Origin: an uncultured Chloroflexia bacterium
GTDB lineage: Bacteria > Chloroflexota > Limnocylindria > QHBO01
Assembly: GCA_963814375.1 (NCBI GenBank)
Contig: CAWFCQ010000002.1
Coordinates: 42,864-106,863 of the forward strand
DNA: 64,000 nt
Direction: 5' to 3'
Shown: positions 31,645-42,089 of the stretch, one piece after another
Position numbering within the stretch: the stretch's first letter is position 1
Layout: the number at the start of each line of letters is the position of its first letter
Translations under genes and position numbers: made by a program
Notes under the pieces: generated by a model
The model's input: the letters and a program-made list of their open reading frames with translations, nothing else
The model's database searches: none
What the model was told of the DNA's origin: nothing

Positions 31645-32649
31645 ATGACCGCCACCGTGCCGCCGGGCACCGACCTGCCCGACGAGAGCCAGACGCAGGT
31701 CATTCGCCGCAAGGTCGCCATCATCGGATCGGGCCCCGCCGGCCTGACGGCGGCGATCTACGCCGGGCGCGCCAACCTCGAGCCGATCGTGATCGCCGGC
31801 AACGTCCCCATGGGCCAGCTCATGATCACGTCGGACGTCGAGAACTACCCCGCCTTCCCGGACGGCATCCAGGGGCCGGAGCTGATGCAGCTGTTCCGCC
31901 AGCAGGCGGAGCGATTCGGCGCCACCCTGCTCGAGCGCGACGCGACCCGCGTGGACCTCGGCTCGCGACCCTTCGGGATCTGGGCCGGCGAGACGGAGAT
32001 CCGCGCCGATGCGGTGATCGTCGCCACCGGCGCATCGGCCCTCTGGCTCGGCCTTCCATCGGAGGAGGAGTTCCGCGGGCGGGGAGTCTCCGCCTGCGCC
32101 ACCTGCGACGGCTTCTTCTTCCGAGGTCGCGAGATCGCCGTGGTCGGCGGCGGCGACACCGCGCTCGAGGAGGCGACCTTCCTGACCCGCTTCGCCGACA
32201 AGGTCACCATGCTCGTCCGCCGCGAGGAGTTCCGCGGCAGCAAGATCATGCAGGACCGCGCGATGGCCAACGACAAGATCGACGTCGTGTGGAACACCGA
32301 GGTCATCGAGGTGCGTGGCGACATGACCGTCAGCTCGCTCATGCTCCGCGACACCGTGACCGGCGAGGAGCGCGAGATGGCCACCCAGGGCCTCTTCATC
32401 GCGATCGGCTACAAGCCGAACACCGACCTCTTCGCCGGGCAGCTCGAGATCGGGCCGGGCGGCTACCTCGAGGTGGTCGGCGAGACCGGCTCGAAGGTCG
32501 AGGGCGTCTTCATCGCCGGCGACGTGCACGACCACCACTACCGCCAGGCGGTGACGGCCGCCGGCGACGGCTGCAAGGCAGCCATCGATGCTGAGCGCTG
32601 GCTGGCATCGGTCGGCGAGATCGAGGCCTCGACCGCCACGAACTGGTGA
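31645..32649 (+). CDS. trxB: Thioredoxin-disulfide reductase
   Basis: IIGSGPAG, VSACATCDG, VVGGGDTALEEA, AGDVHD..YRQAVTAAG. Confidence 0.96.
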   Translation: MTATVPPGTDLPDESQTQVIRRKVAIIGSGPAGLTAAIYAGRANLEPIVIAGNVPMGQLMITSDVENYPAFPDGIQGPELMQLFRQQAERFGATLLERDATRVDLGSRPFGIWAGETEIRADAVIVATGASALWLGLPSEEEFRGRGVSACATCDGFFFRGREIAVVGGGDTALEEATFLTRFADKVTMLVRREEFRGSKIMQDRAMANDKIDVVWNTEVIEVRGDMTVSSLMLRDTVTGEEREMATQGLFIAIGYKPNTDLFAGQLEIGPGGYLEVVGETGSKVEGVFIAGDVHDHHYRQAVTAAGDGCKAAIDAERWLASVGEIEASTATNW

Positions 32650-32678
32650 TGCGCCCGCTCTGATCGGCGCGCCCGCAG

Positions 32679-32705
32679 GGGGTCGTTGACTACACTAACG
32701 ACCCC
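32679..32705. promoter_or_regulatory. Inverted repeat between trxB and S9 peptidase (terminator or operator)
   Basis: GGGGTCGTT-gactacact-AACGACCCC; loop contains TACACT. Confidence 0.4.
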
Positions 32706-32728
32706 ACCAGCAGGAGACCGATCGACCG

Positions 32729-34861
32729 ATGGCCGCCCGCGCCCCGCGCCCCGAGGACCTCTACGACCTCCGCGTCCCGACCGACATCGCGCTCTCGCCC
32801 GACGGCCGCTTCGTCGCCTTCAGCGTCAAGAGCGTGGCGCCCGGCAAGGACGGCTACCGCACCTCGCTCTGGCTCGCGCCATCCGACGGCAGCGCCCCTG
32901 CGCGGCAGCTGACGGTTGGAAGCAAGAACGACGCGAGCCCACGCTGGAGCCCGGACAGCCGCCAGATCGCGTTCCTCTCCGATCGTGGATCCGTGCTCCA
33001 GGCCGGCGGCGGCGGTGCCAAGCCCGGCAAGGCCGAGGCGCCCAAGGAGGGCGGCAACCAGGTCTGGCTCCTTCCCTTCGCCGATGGCGGGGAGGCGCGC
33101 CAGCTCACCGACCTGCCGAAGGACGTCGAGGGGATCTCGTGGTCGCCCGACGGCCGACGGCTCGCGATCGTCAGCACCGCCGACTCGCTCGAGCCCGCCA
33201 GCAAGCCAGAGCGGAAGCCCGGGGACCCGCCCGCACCCGACACGCGCCTGATCGACACGCTCGCCTACGAGTTCAACGGCATGGGCTTCGTCAACGAGCG
33301 CTTCACGCGCCTGTGGACCGTCGAGGTGGCGAGTGGCACCACCGAGCTGCTGACGCGCGGCGACCACCACGACGGCGATCCGCAGTGGTCGCCCGATGGC
33401 CGGCAGGTCGCGTTCGTCTCCGACCGTCACCCGAACCCGGACCTCGGCTGGCGCAGCGACATCTATCTCGTCGACATGAGGACGAAGGCGGTCCGGCAGC
33501 TGTCTCCCGGTCGAGGTCGCCAGGCGTGGGGAGCCCCGGCCTGGTCGCCGGACGGCCGCTGGATCGCCGCGATCGGCAGCCGGGACTGGCGGCGCGGTGA
33601 GCTGAACCAGCCATCGGTCTGGCGTATCCGCGTGCGCGATGGGACTGCGGAAGACCTCATCGGGGCCGCGGACCTCGAGGCTGCGCCCGGCATGAACAGC
33701 GACCTGGTGGGTGGCGCGGTCAGCCGTCCGGGCTGGATGGCAGATGGCCGCTGGGTCGTGTTCGGCGCGCCCGTGGACGGCTCGCTCGAGCTCTGGCGCG
33801 TCGAGGTCGACGGTGGACGCGTCGAGCGCCTCACTCGCGATCGGCATTACCTGAGCCGCACCGACCTCGTGGCACTCCCGCGCGGCGGCGCGCGGATCGC
33901 CACGTCGCGCGCGACGGCGACGCGGGCTCCGGACGTGGTCGTCGGCGACGTGCCGCCGGGTCGCATCGCGGCGGATGCCAGCATCGGCCTCCGCCAGGTG
34001 AGCGACCTGATGGGGGATACGTGGGGAGACGTCCGCCTGGTGACGCCGGTCGAGCGCTGGCACGAGGTGGACGGTCGCCGGATCCAGGGCTGGTTCTACG
34101 AGGCTCCGTCGAGCACGCGCCGCCGGCCCGCCCCGGTCGTGCTCCAGATCCACGGCGGCCCGGCCACGCTGTACGGCTGGTCGCTGATGTGGGAGTGGCA
34201 GCAGCTGGCGGCATCCGGGATCAGCGTCTACGCCTGCAATCCACGCGGCTCGCAGGGCTATGGGCAGTCCTTCCTCACCGCGAACGTGCGAGATTGGGGC
34301 GACGGCCCGATGGACGACGTCATGGCCGGGCTCGACTCGCTCATCGCCGACGGGCTGGTCGACGGCGACCGCATGGGAGTCACCGGCGGCTCGTACGGCG
34401 GCTACCTCACCTCCTGGATCGTCGGTCACACGGATCGATTCAAGGCGGCGGTGACATGCCGGTCGGTGAACGATCTCATCAGCCAGATGCTCTCCGGCGA
34501 CATCGGCGGGCCGACGTTCGGCCTGTACGAGTACGGCGTCCATCCGTGGGAGGACTGGGACCTGTACCACCGGCACTCGCCGCTCACATACGCGACGCAG
34601 GTGACCACGCCGCTGCTCATCCAACATGCGGAGAAGGACCTGCGCTGCACGATCACCCAGGCGGAGGAGCTGTTCGCCGTCCTCCGCTCGCTGCGCAAGA
34701 CGGTTCGCCTGATGCGGACGCCGGACGAGTCGCACGAGCTCACCCGATCCGGGACGCCGTTCCGTCGGGTCGACAACCTGCGCCTCATCGACGAGTGGTT
34801 CCGCCACTTCCTGGTCGAGGGCAAGACCCGGCTGCCGAAGGTGGATCCGAAGCGCGGATGA
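32729..34861 (+). CDS. S9 family (acylaminoacyl/prolyl oligo) peptidase with PD40/TolB-like propeller
   Basis: Repeated P.WSPDG, QIHGGP, GGSYGG nucleophile, EKDLRC (Asp), ESHEL (His). Confidence 0.93.
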   Translation: MAARAPRPEDLYDLRVPTDIALSPDGRFVAFSVKSVAPGKDGYRTSLWLAPSDGSAPARQLTVGSKNDASPRWSPDSRQIAFLSDRGSVLQAGGGGAKPGKAEAPKEGGNQVWLLPFADGGEARQLTDLPKDVEGISWSPDGRRLAIVSTADSLEPASKPERKPGDPPAPDTRLIDTLAYEFNGMGFVNERFTRLWTVEVASGTTELLTRGDHHDGDPQWSPDGRQVAFVSDRHPNPDLGWRSDIYLVDMRTKAVRQLSPGRGRQAWGAPAWSPDGRWIAAIGSRDWRRGELNQPSVWRIRVRDGTAEDLIGAADLEAAPGMNSDLVGGAVSRPGWMADGRWVVFGAPVDGSLELWRVEVDGGRVERLTRDRHYLSRTDLVALPRGGARIATSRATATRAPDVVVGDVPPGRIAADASIGLRQVSDLMGDTWGDVRLVTPVERWHEVDGRRIQGWFYEAPSSTRRRPAPVVLQIHGGPATLYGWSLMWEWQQLAASGISVYACNPRGSQGYGQSFLTANVRDWGDGPMDDVMAGLDSLIADGLVDGDRMGVTGGSYGGYLTSWIVGHTDRFKAAVTCRSVNDLISQMLSGDIGGPTFGLYEYGVHPWEDWDLYHRHSPLTYATQVTTPLLIQHAEKDLRCTITQAEELFAVLRSLRKTVRLMRTPDESHELTRSGTPFRRVDNLRLIDEWFRHFLVEGKTRLPKVDPKRG

Positions 34862-36417
34862 CGTCGCCTGACTTCGTCGCGACCCTGAACGAGGCATACG
34901 CGTTCGAAGAGCCGTCCGTCACCTTCGGCTCGGCCATGCGGGGCGACGAGGCCGTGCCGGCGGTCCAGGTCCGCGCGCCCTTGGCCATGCTCAACCGCCA
35001 TGGGCTGGTGGCCGGCGCGACCGGCACCGGCAAGACGAAGACGCTCCAGGTCCTCGCCGAGCAGCTGAGCGACGCAGGCGTGCCGGTCTTCATCAGCGAC
35101 ATCAAGGGCGATATCAGCGGCCTCGTCGCACCTGCCGAGCTCAACGACAAGATCAGCGGTCGTGCCACGGCCATCGGTTTCGCCGACTATGCGCCGAAGG
35201 CGTTCCCGGTCGAATTCCTGACCCTGGATCGCGAGGGGAAGGGGGTGCGCCTGCGCGCATCGGTCAGCAGCTTCGGGCCGATCCTGCTGGCCAAGGTGCT
35301 CGACCTGAACGAGACACAGCAGTCGGTGCTGTCGCTCGTCTTCAAGTACAGCGACGACAAGCAGCTGCCACTCGTGAATCTCGAGGACCTGCGGGCGCTG
35401 CTCAACCACCTGAGCTCGGACGAGGGCAAGGCCGAGATGGCCGAGTACGGCGGGGTCGCCACGGCCACCGCCGGGGTCATCATCCGCAAGATCGTCGAGC
35501 TCGAGCAGCAGGAGGCCGATGCGTTCTTCGGCTCGCCTGAGTTCGACGTCGACGACTTCCTGCGCCTGACCGACGACGGCCGCGGCGTCATCAGCGTGCT
35601 CGAGCTGGCCGAGATGCAGGATCGGCCCGCGCTGTTCAGCACGTTCATGATGTGGCTCCTCGCGTCGCTGTACGAGTCGCTGCCCGAGGTCGGGGATCCG
35701 GAGAAGCCGAAGCTCGTCTTCTTCTTCGACGAGGCGCACCTGCTGTTCCGCGACGCGAGCAAGACATTCATGCAGCAGGTCGAGCTCGTGGCGCGGCTCA
35801 TCCGATCGAAGGGGGTCGGCGTCTTCTTCGTCACGCACTCGCCATCGGACGTCCCGGCCGAAGTGCTCGGCCAGCTCGGCAACCGCGTGCAGCACGCGCT
35901 GCGCGCCTTCACGCCGAAGGACCTCGAGACGGTGCGTGCCACCGCCGACACGTTCCCGACCACCGAGCTGTACGACGTCGCCGAGGAGCTGACCGCCCTC
36001 GGCACGGGCGAGGCGCTCATCACCGCGCTCGATCTCAAGGGCAGGCCGATGCCGACGGTGCGGACCATGATGCGACCGCCCATGTCGCTCATGGCGCAGG
36101 TCGAGCCGGCCGCCTTCGACGCCGCCGTGGCCGAGTCCAAGATCGCGGCGACCTACGCCGCCGACACCGACCCCGAATCGGCCAAGGAGCTGCTCGCCGC
36201 GCGCATGACCCGCGCAACCGAGGCCGCGAAGGAGCCGATGGAGGGCGTCCGCGATCCCGAGACGCCCGACGAGCGACGGATGCGGCCGACGCGTGCCCCG
36301 GAGCGCGGTACCGATTGGGGCAAGGTCGCCACCGAGGGATCGCGCGTGCTGCGCTCCGGGACGTTCAACACCATCCTGCGCACGATCTTCGGCATCCTCG
36401 GCGGCAAGTCCCGGTAA
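34858..36417 (+). CDS. HerA-like ATPase (DUF853/YjgR family)
   Basis: NRHGLVAGATGTGKTKTLQ, FFFDEAHLLF, LIRSKGVGVFFVT, QLGNRVQHALRAFTP; ATGA overlap with peptidase. Confidence 0.92.
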   Translation: MTSPDFVATLNEAYAFEEPSVTFGSAMRGDEAVPAVQVRAPLAMLNRHGLVAGATGTGKTKTLQVLAEQLSDAGVPVFISDIKGDISGLVAPAELNDKISGRATAIGFADYAPKAFPVEFLTLDREGKGVRLRASVSSFGPILLAKVLDLNETQQSVLSLVFKYSDDKQLPLVNLEDLRALLNHLSSDEGKAEMAEYGGVATATAGVIIRKIVELEQQEADAFFGSPEFDVDDFLRLTDDGRGVISVLELAEMQDRPALFSTFMMWLLASLYESLPEVGDPEKPKLVFFFDEAHLLFRDASKTFMQQVELVARLIRSKGVGVFFVTHSPSDVPAEVLGQLGNRVQHALRAFTPKDLETVRATADTFPTTELYDVAEELTALGTGEALITALDLKGRPMPTVRTMMRPPMSLMAQVEPAAFDAAVAESKIAATYAADTDPESAKELLAARMTRATEAAKEPMEGVRDPETPDERRMRPTRAPERGTDWGKVATEGSRVLRSGTFNTILRTIFGILGGKSR

Positions 36418-36536
36418 GCCATCGGTCTTCCATGCGAGGACGGGCGGGCGTAGACTCGACGCCCGGGCCGCCCGGAACGCGCCGGTCACTCCTCCGGACC
36501 GGCGGCTGGGCGGCACGACGGATCGGGAGGTGTCCC

Positions 36537-36944
36537 ATGCGCGCGTTCATCGTTGAGCTCGAAGACAAGCCGGGCCAGCTGGCCGATCTCGGGGATGCGC
36601 TCGGCGAGCGCGGGATCAACATCAGCGGGGTAGCCGGCTCCACCTGGGACGGCAATGGCGCCATCGCCATCATCACCAACGACGACGCCGGGACGCGATC
36701 GGTGCTCGAGGATCGCGACGCCGACTACCGCGACGTCGAGGTGGTTTCCGTGGGTCTCGAGGACAAGCCCGGCGCGCTCGGCGCGGCGGCGCGTCGCCTC
36801 GCCGACCGCGGGATCAACATCGCGCTGATCATGCCGACGGGCATGCAGGGCTCGCGGATCACGGTAGCCCTCGGTGTCGACGACGCGGCCGGCGCGCGCG
36901 AGGCGCTCGGCGATCTCGCCGCCACCGGCGCGCAGGCGCTCTAG
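36537..36944 (+). CDS. Tandem ACT-domain protein
   Basis: Two repeats LEDKPG.L......L...GINI; GGGAGG RBS. Confidence 0.85.
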   Translation: MRAFIVELEDKPGQLADLGDALGERGINISGVAGSTWDGNGAIAIITNDDAGTRSVLEDRDADYRDVEVVSVGLEDKPGALGAAARRLADRGINIALIMPTGMQGSRITVALGVDDAAGAREALGDLAATGAQAL

Positions 36945-37693
36945 GCCCGGCCCAGCGCCTCTCTCGCGATTCGGGGCACGTCGGTGACGAAGCCCCACAG
37001 GCCGAGCGCCGCCAGGTGCTGCATCCGCTCGGGGTCGTTGATGACGTAGCAGCCGATCTCGCGGCCGAAGGCCTGCGCCTTGGCGATGATCGGGAGGGGA
37101 TCGATTCCGAGATCACCCTCCCACGGAAGCACGCCGGTGTGCCCGTGCTCGGTGGCCCAGACCAGCGCAGGCTCGATCGGCTGGGATGGGACGAGCAGAT
37201 ACCCGGTCTTGATGTCGGGCTCGCGCTCTCGGACGCGCTCGATGGCGGCCTCGTCGAAGCTGATCACGCTGAGCCTGCCGTCGGAGCGAACGGCGTGGGA
37301 AGCCACCGCATCCACGACCGCGTCGGCCGCGGCCCGCGCCTTGATCTCGACCACCAGCCCCGCGGTCGCGGGTAGCCAGTCGAGCACCTCGTCCAGCGTC
37401 GGGACGGTCAGGCCGCGTCCGGCAAACGGATGGCCCGAGTCATCCGGGCGCGAGAAGGTCGCGCCCGCATCGGCCTCGCGAATCTCCGCCATGGTGAGAT
37501 CGGCGATCCGCCCGGTGCGATCGGTGGTGCGGTCGAGCGTCTCGTCGTGGATGACGGCGAGCTGGCCGTCGGCGGTGAGATGGACGTCGAGCTCGATCGC
37601 ATCGGCGCCGGCCTCCAGCCCGAGCCGGAAGGACTCCATCGTGTTCTCCGGCGCCTCGGCGGCCGCCCCGCGATGCCCGACGATGATCGTCAT
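36941..37693 (-). CDS. Glycerophosphodiester phosphodiesterase
   Basis: IVGHRGAAAEAPENT, IELDVHLTADG, IHDETLDRTT, VEIK. Confidence 0.92.
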   Translation of the reverse strand: MTIIVGHRGAAAEAPENTMESFRLGLEAGADAIELDVHLTADGQLAVIHDETLDRTTDRTGRIADLTMAEIREADAGATFSRPDDSGHPFAGRGLTVPTLDEVLDWLPATAGLVVEIKARAAADAVVDAVASHAVRSDGRLSVISFDEAAIERVREREPDIKTGYLLVPSQPIEPALVWATEHGHTGVLPWEGDLGIDPLPIIAKAQAFGREIGCYVINDPERMQHLAALGLWGFVTDVPRIAREALGRA

Positions 37694-39018
37694 GCGGCCA
37701 TCCCCTCGACCAGCGCCTCGGCGGCGCGCTCCTCGTTGTCGGCCTCGCCCTCGGGCACGCCACGCAGGATCCAGACGCCGACGAGGAGGAGGACGAAGAG
37801 CGAGGCGATCGCGATCTGGTAGGCGGCCGTGTCGAGCGAACCGACCAGCGTCGAGACGATGACGCCGTAGAGGATCGGCCCGACGACCGCGCTGAACTTC
37901 CCGACCAGCCCGTAGAGACCGAACATCTCGCCCACCCGCTCGGGCGGTGTGAGCCGGAGCAGCATGAGCCGATCCACGACGCCGACTCCTCCGAGGCCCG
38001 CCCCGCACAGCGCCCCTCCGATGAGGAACGGCACGGTCGACAGGAAGAGGGCGAGGACGGTGAGACCGGCTGCCCACGCGGCAAGGACGGCGAAGAGGGT
38101 GCGACGCGGGCCCCAGCGGTCGGCGAGGTAGCCCCAGCCGAAGCTGGCGAACACCGCCACGACGGTCAGGAGCAGGAGCACCTGGAGCGCCTCGCCCTCG
38201 GTGAAGCCGACGGCGAAGACCGCGAAAGCGCTCATCACAGCGATCGCCGTGTTGACCGGGTCGGAGTAGAAGAAGCGGGCAACGATGAACCGTAAGAGCC
38301 CGGGCGACTCCCGCGCATGCCGGACGGTCGTGCCCAGCTGTGCCCAGGAACGAGCGGCATCGGCGGCGCTGAACGGCGTTCCGGGGCGGTCGCGCTCGCT
38401 GACGAGGAGAAACAGCGGGGCGGCGAAGAGGAGGAAGAGCCCGCCGACGAGCGCGAACGTCGCGGCGGTCGTCTCGCCATCGGCGTCGGCGCTGACCCCG
38501 GCGAGGAGGAGCGCGCCGACGAGAAGGGTGCCGCAGTAGCCGAGCCCGACCCCGATGCCGGAGAGGCGTCCACGCGCGATCGGCCGCGCGACGTCGGGCA
38601 GGAGGGCGTCGTAGTAGATGAGCGCCGCCTGGTAGGCGAAGTTGGCGATCGCGAAGGCAACCAGCCCCAGCCGGATGTCGACGAAGCCGATAACGACCGT
38701 CCCGACGATGCACAGCGCGGTGAAGAAGGCGAGAAACGGCTTGCGGCGGCCAACCCGGTCGCTCATCGCGCCGAGGATCGGCGAGACGGCCGCATTGATG
38801 AGGACCGATACGCTCAACGCCGCGGTGAACCAGAAGGTGCCGTCGGCCTCGCCCAGGAATCGAATCGCCCACAGGCTCATGGCGAAGCTCACGACCGCGA
38901 AGCTGAAGATCGTGTTGGCGAGGTCGTAAAGCGCCCACGCCAGCGCCTCGATCGCCGATCCGGTCCGCGTCAGGGCGCCGAGACCGCGCCACCAGCCGGC
39001 CGGGGCGAGGACGGTCAT
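37690..39018 (-). CDS. MFS transporter (UMF1/Atg22-like)
   Basis: WALYDLANTIF, GAMSDRVGRRK, YYDALLPDV, GEMFGLY; about 12 TM. Confidence 0.9.
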   Translation of the reverse strand: MTVLAPAGWWRGLGALTRTGSAIEALAWALYDLANTIFSFAVVSFAMSLWAIRFLGEADGTFWFTAALSVSVLINAAVSPILGAMSDRVGRRKPFLAFFTALCIVGTVVIGFVDIRLGLVAFAIANFAYQAALIYYDALLPDVARPIARGRLSGIGVGLGYCGTLLVGALLLAGVSADADGETTAATFALVGGLFLLFAAPLFLLVSERDRPGTPFSAADAARSWAQLGTTVRHARESPGLLRFIVARFFYSDPVNTAIAVMSAFAVFAVGFTEGEALQVLLLLTVVAVFASFGWGYLADRWGPRRTLFAVLAAWAAGLTVLALFLSTVPFLIGGALCGAGLGGVGVVDRLMLLRLTPPERVGEMFGLYGLVGKFSAVVGPILYGVIVSTLVGSLDTAAYQIAIASLFVLLLVGVWILRGVPEGEADNEERAAEALVEGMAA

Positions 39019-39312
39019 CGGCTCGATATGCGGCGCTTCACGCTCGCGATCATAGCGGTGGCGCTCGAGGCGTCGCGATTCATCGCGGCCGATGCACCAG
39101 AGGGCGGATGGAGGTGCGGTTCTCGTGATCTTTCGCGGCCCGACCCGCACGAGCGGCGCCTCCGGGTGTACCTCAGGCGTGCCAGCTCGCGATCGATCGC
39201 GGGAACGCAACCCAACGACACGTTCTGGTGATGATGGCGCGAAAAATCGCGAAGTCCGTGGTCGCGGTAAAGTCTCGGAAACGACCCGCCACCCGAGCGA
39301 AGAACTCCACCA

Positions 39313-41808
39313 ATGCGCCGCCCCCTCATCCTCACCGCTTTCCTCGCCATGCTCGCCGCCACGTGGCTCGCGCTGCGCGGGGGCGGCGGCTCCGACGCGC
39401 CACCGTATCCGGCCGATCCGCCCGTTGAGCCGGAGCCGCAGCTGTCCACCGTCCACAACGGAGGTTTCGCCGCTCTGGGCCGGGCGACCTATCGGCATCG
39501 GCGCTGGTTGCCGGTCGCCGGGCTGGCCGTCGTCATCGGGCTAAACGTCTGGGCAGCCACCGCGGGAAGCCGTCTCAGCCAGGGCGGCTGGCAGATCGCC
39601 GGATCGGAGGCGGTCCGCGCCGAGGCGCTCCTGGCCGATCGATTCGGAGAGCAGGCCACCAGCCTCATCGTCATCCTCACCGACCCCGACGGCGATGCGG
39701 CCTCAGCCGAGTTCCAGGGGACGGTCGCGGACGCGGTCGCGCCGCTGGCGGATGAAGCGATCGTCGACGAGATCCTCACCTACGCCGACGTCGGCGACAC
39801 CTCGTTCATCAGCACCGATGGCTCTCGGACCTTCGCGGTCATCCGGCTCAACGAGGACGTGGAGGAGTCGGTCGACGATGCCGAGCATCTCGCGAGCCTT
39901 GTCGCCGCACCCGATGGCGTCGAGACGATCGTGACCGGCATCCCGCTCGTGCAGCACGAATTCAACGAGGCGGTGGAGCGGGACCTGTTCCGGGCCGAGC
40001 TCATCAGCCTGCCGGTCGCCATGCTCATCCTGTTGGCGGTGTTCGGCACGGTGGTCGGTGCGATCCTGCCGATCGTGGTTGCAGGGATCGCCCTCCCGAG
40101 CGCGATGGCCATGATCACGCTCCTCGCCGGCGTCACCGAGATGAGCATCTTCGTCACCAACGTGGCGACCATGATCGGCCTTGCATTGGCGATCGACTAC
40201 TCGCTCTTCATGGTCAGCCGGTTCCGCGAGGAGCTGCGGCATCGGTCAGTGGCCGACGCGGTCGAGCACACCATGGGGACCGTCGGCAAGGCGGTGGCCA
40301 TCAGCGGGATCGCCGTGGCGATCGGCCTGGCGAGCCTCACCGTCTTCGAATCGCCGGCGCTGCGCAGCATGGGGATCGGCGGCGTCGTGACCGTCCTCTC
40401 CACCCTCGTCTTCGGCCTCACCGTGCTGCCGGCGCTGCTCGGGATGCTCGGGCCTCGGGTCAACCGCCTGCGAGTGCCGATGCCCCGCGCGCTGCGGCTC
40501 ATGGACGAGACCGGCGCGGCCGGCGAGGCACGCCACGGGCACGGGCTGTGGAGCCGGATCGCGCGCGCCGTGATGCGTCGGCCGATCCTCATCGCCACGC
40601 CGGTGCTCGTCATCCTGATCCTGGCCGGGCTGCCGTTCCTCCGGATCCAGCTCTCGACCGGCGGCAACCTGGACGATCTCCCGCCGTCGGAGAGCGTGAG
40701 CGGCTTCGAGATCCTCGCCGACGAGTTCCCCGGCGGTGGCGCCGACCCGATCGAGGTCGCCGTGCTGGACGACGAGCCGATCCTCGTCGACGGCGCCCTG
40801 CCGCCTGAGCAGGCGGAGGCGCTCCAGGCCTACGTCGACGAGCTGGCGCAGATCACTGACGTGACCGAGATCGAGTCGGTCCTCAGCCCGCCGGCCGGGC
40901 TTGACGAGGCGACCTACCTTGCGCTGGCCGCGACGCCGGAGGACCAGCGGCCGCCGGAGGCGGCGGGCGTGGGCATCTATCTCGATCAGTGGATCGCCGA
41001 CGACGTCGTCCGCGTCGACGTGTTCAGCTCGGCGCTCCCGGACTCGAGCGCCGGCCGTGAAGTGGTGGCCGACGTCCGGGCGGTGCCCCCGCCGGACGGG
41101 TTCGCCGAAACCTTCACCGCCGGGCTCTCGTCGCGCTCGGCCGACTTCATGGCCAGCTTCGCCGAGTCGGTGCCGTCCGCCGTCGCCGTGGTGGTCGGCG
41201 TGACGATGATCGTCCTCTTCCTGAGCTTCGGATCGGTGCTGCTGCCGATCAAGGCGGTCCTCATGAGCCTCCTCAGCATCACGGCCAGCTTCGGTGCGCT
41301 GGTCTGGATCTTCCAGGAGGGCAACATGTCGGGGGTGCTGAACTTCGAGGCCTCGGGGACGATCATCGCCTCCACGCCGATCCTCATGTTCGCGGTGCTC
41401 TTCGGCCTGAGCATGGACTACGAGATCCTGCTCCTCTCTCGGATCCGGGAGCGCTACCTGATCACCGGCGACAACACGCGAGCCGTGGCCGAGGGCATCG
41501 GTATCACCGGCGGGATCATCACCGGGGCGGCGCTCATCATGGTCGCTGTCTTCGGCGCGTTCGCGATGTCATCGGTGATGGTGATCAAGTCGCTCGGCTT
41601 CGCCATGGCGCTCGCCGTGCTCATCGACGCCACGGTCGTGCGCGGGATCCTGGTCCCGGCCTTCATGCGCGTTATGGGCGACCTCAACTGGTGGGCGCCG
41701 CGCTGGATGCAGCGTGCCGTTGCCCGGTTGGGGCTGTACGAGGGACCCTCGCCCGGGAACGTGCCGGCAGCTGAGGCATGGACGGGCGCCGCTCCTCAAC
41801 CCGACTAG
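39313..41808 (+). CDS. MMPL (RND superfamily) transporter with extra N-terminal TM segment
   Basis: GLALAIDYSLF..SRFREEL, FGLSMDYE.LL.SRIRE, two-fold internal repeat. Confidence 0.92.
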   Translation: MRRPLILTAFLAMLAATWLALRGGGGSDAPPYPADPPVEPEPQLSTVHNGGFAALGRATYRHRRWLPVAGLAVVIGLNVWAATAGSRLSQGGWQIAGSEAVRAEALLADRFGEQATSLIVILTDPDGDAASAEFQGTVADAVAPLADEAIVDEILTYADVGDTSFISTDGSRTFAVIRLNEDVEESVDDAEHLASLVAAPDGVETIVTGIPLVQHEFNEAVERDLFRAELISLPVAMLILLAVFGTVVGAILPIVVAGIALPSAMAMITLLAGVTEMSIFVTNVATMIGLALAIDYSLFMVSRFREELRHRSVADAVEHTMGTVGKAVAISGIAVAIGLASLTVFESPALRSMGIGGVVTVLSTLVFGLTVLPALLGMLGPRVNRLRVPMPRALRLMDETGAAGEARHGHGLWSRIARAVMRRPILIATPVLVILILAGLPFLRIQLSTGGNLDDLPPSESVSGFEILADEFPGGGADPIEVAVLDDEPILVDGALPPEQAEALQAYVDELAQITDVTEIESVLSPPAGLDEATYLALAATPEDQRPPEAAGVGIYLDQWIADDVVRVDVFSSALPDSSAGREVVADVRAVPPPDGFAETFTAGLSSRSADFMASFAESVPSAVAVVVGVTMIVLFLSFGSVLLPIKAVLMSLLSITASFGALVWIFQEGNMSGVLNFEASGTIIASTPILMFAVLFGLSMDYEILLLSRIRERYLITGDNTRAVAEGIGITGGIITGAALIMVAVFGAFAMSSVMVIKSLGFAMALAVLIDATVVRGILVPAFMRVMGDLNWWAPRWMQRAVARLGLYEGPSPGNVPAAEAWTGAAPQPD

Positions 41809-41822
41809 GCTAGGCTCGCGCG

Positions 41823-42089
41823 GTGACCCGCGAACGCCTGGAAGCGCTGACGGACCGATGGCGCGCTCGCCACGACGCGCGAGCCGCGGGTCCCCGCCCG
41901 GTCGCCGACCCCGAGCGAGAGGCGTTGGCGGCACGGTCGTTTCCATACCGATCCGTGCGGCCTCACGAGTACGTGGCGATGCACGGCGCGGACATGATCG
42001 GCTTCACGTACGACGAGGCCCGATACGCCGATCCGGAGCTCGACGCCTGGCTGGTCGAGGTTGGACGCCTCCTGCGGGATAGCAGGTGA
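41823..42089 (+). CDS. Hypothetical protein (88 aa)
   Basis: GTG 6 nt after TAGGCT; GTGA overlap with next gene. Confidence 0.65.
   Translation: MTRERLEALTDRWRARHDARAAGPRPVADPEREALAARSFPYRSVRPHEYVAMHGADMIGFTYDEARYADPELDAWLVEVGRLLRDSR

Noticed and set aside
34021-34857. N-terminal extension on the HerA-like ORF
   Set aside because: It is an alternate-frame shadow of the S9 peptidase. The true start is ATG 34858 overlapping the peptidase stop.
36941-38992. 683-aa MFS-GDPD fusion ORF
   Set aside because: The upstream part is an out-of-frame shadow of the MFS gene; GDPD begins at MTIIVGHRG (37693).
39188-39201. 14-bp perfect palindrome CGCGATCGATCGCG upstream of MMPL
   Set aside because: It is made of CG/GATC words that are very frequent in this genome, and there is no supporting context.
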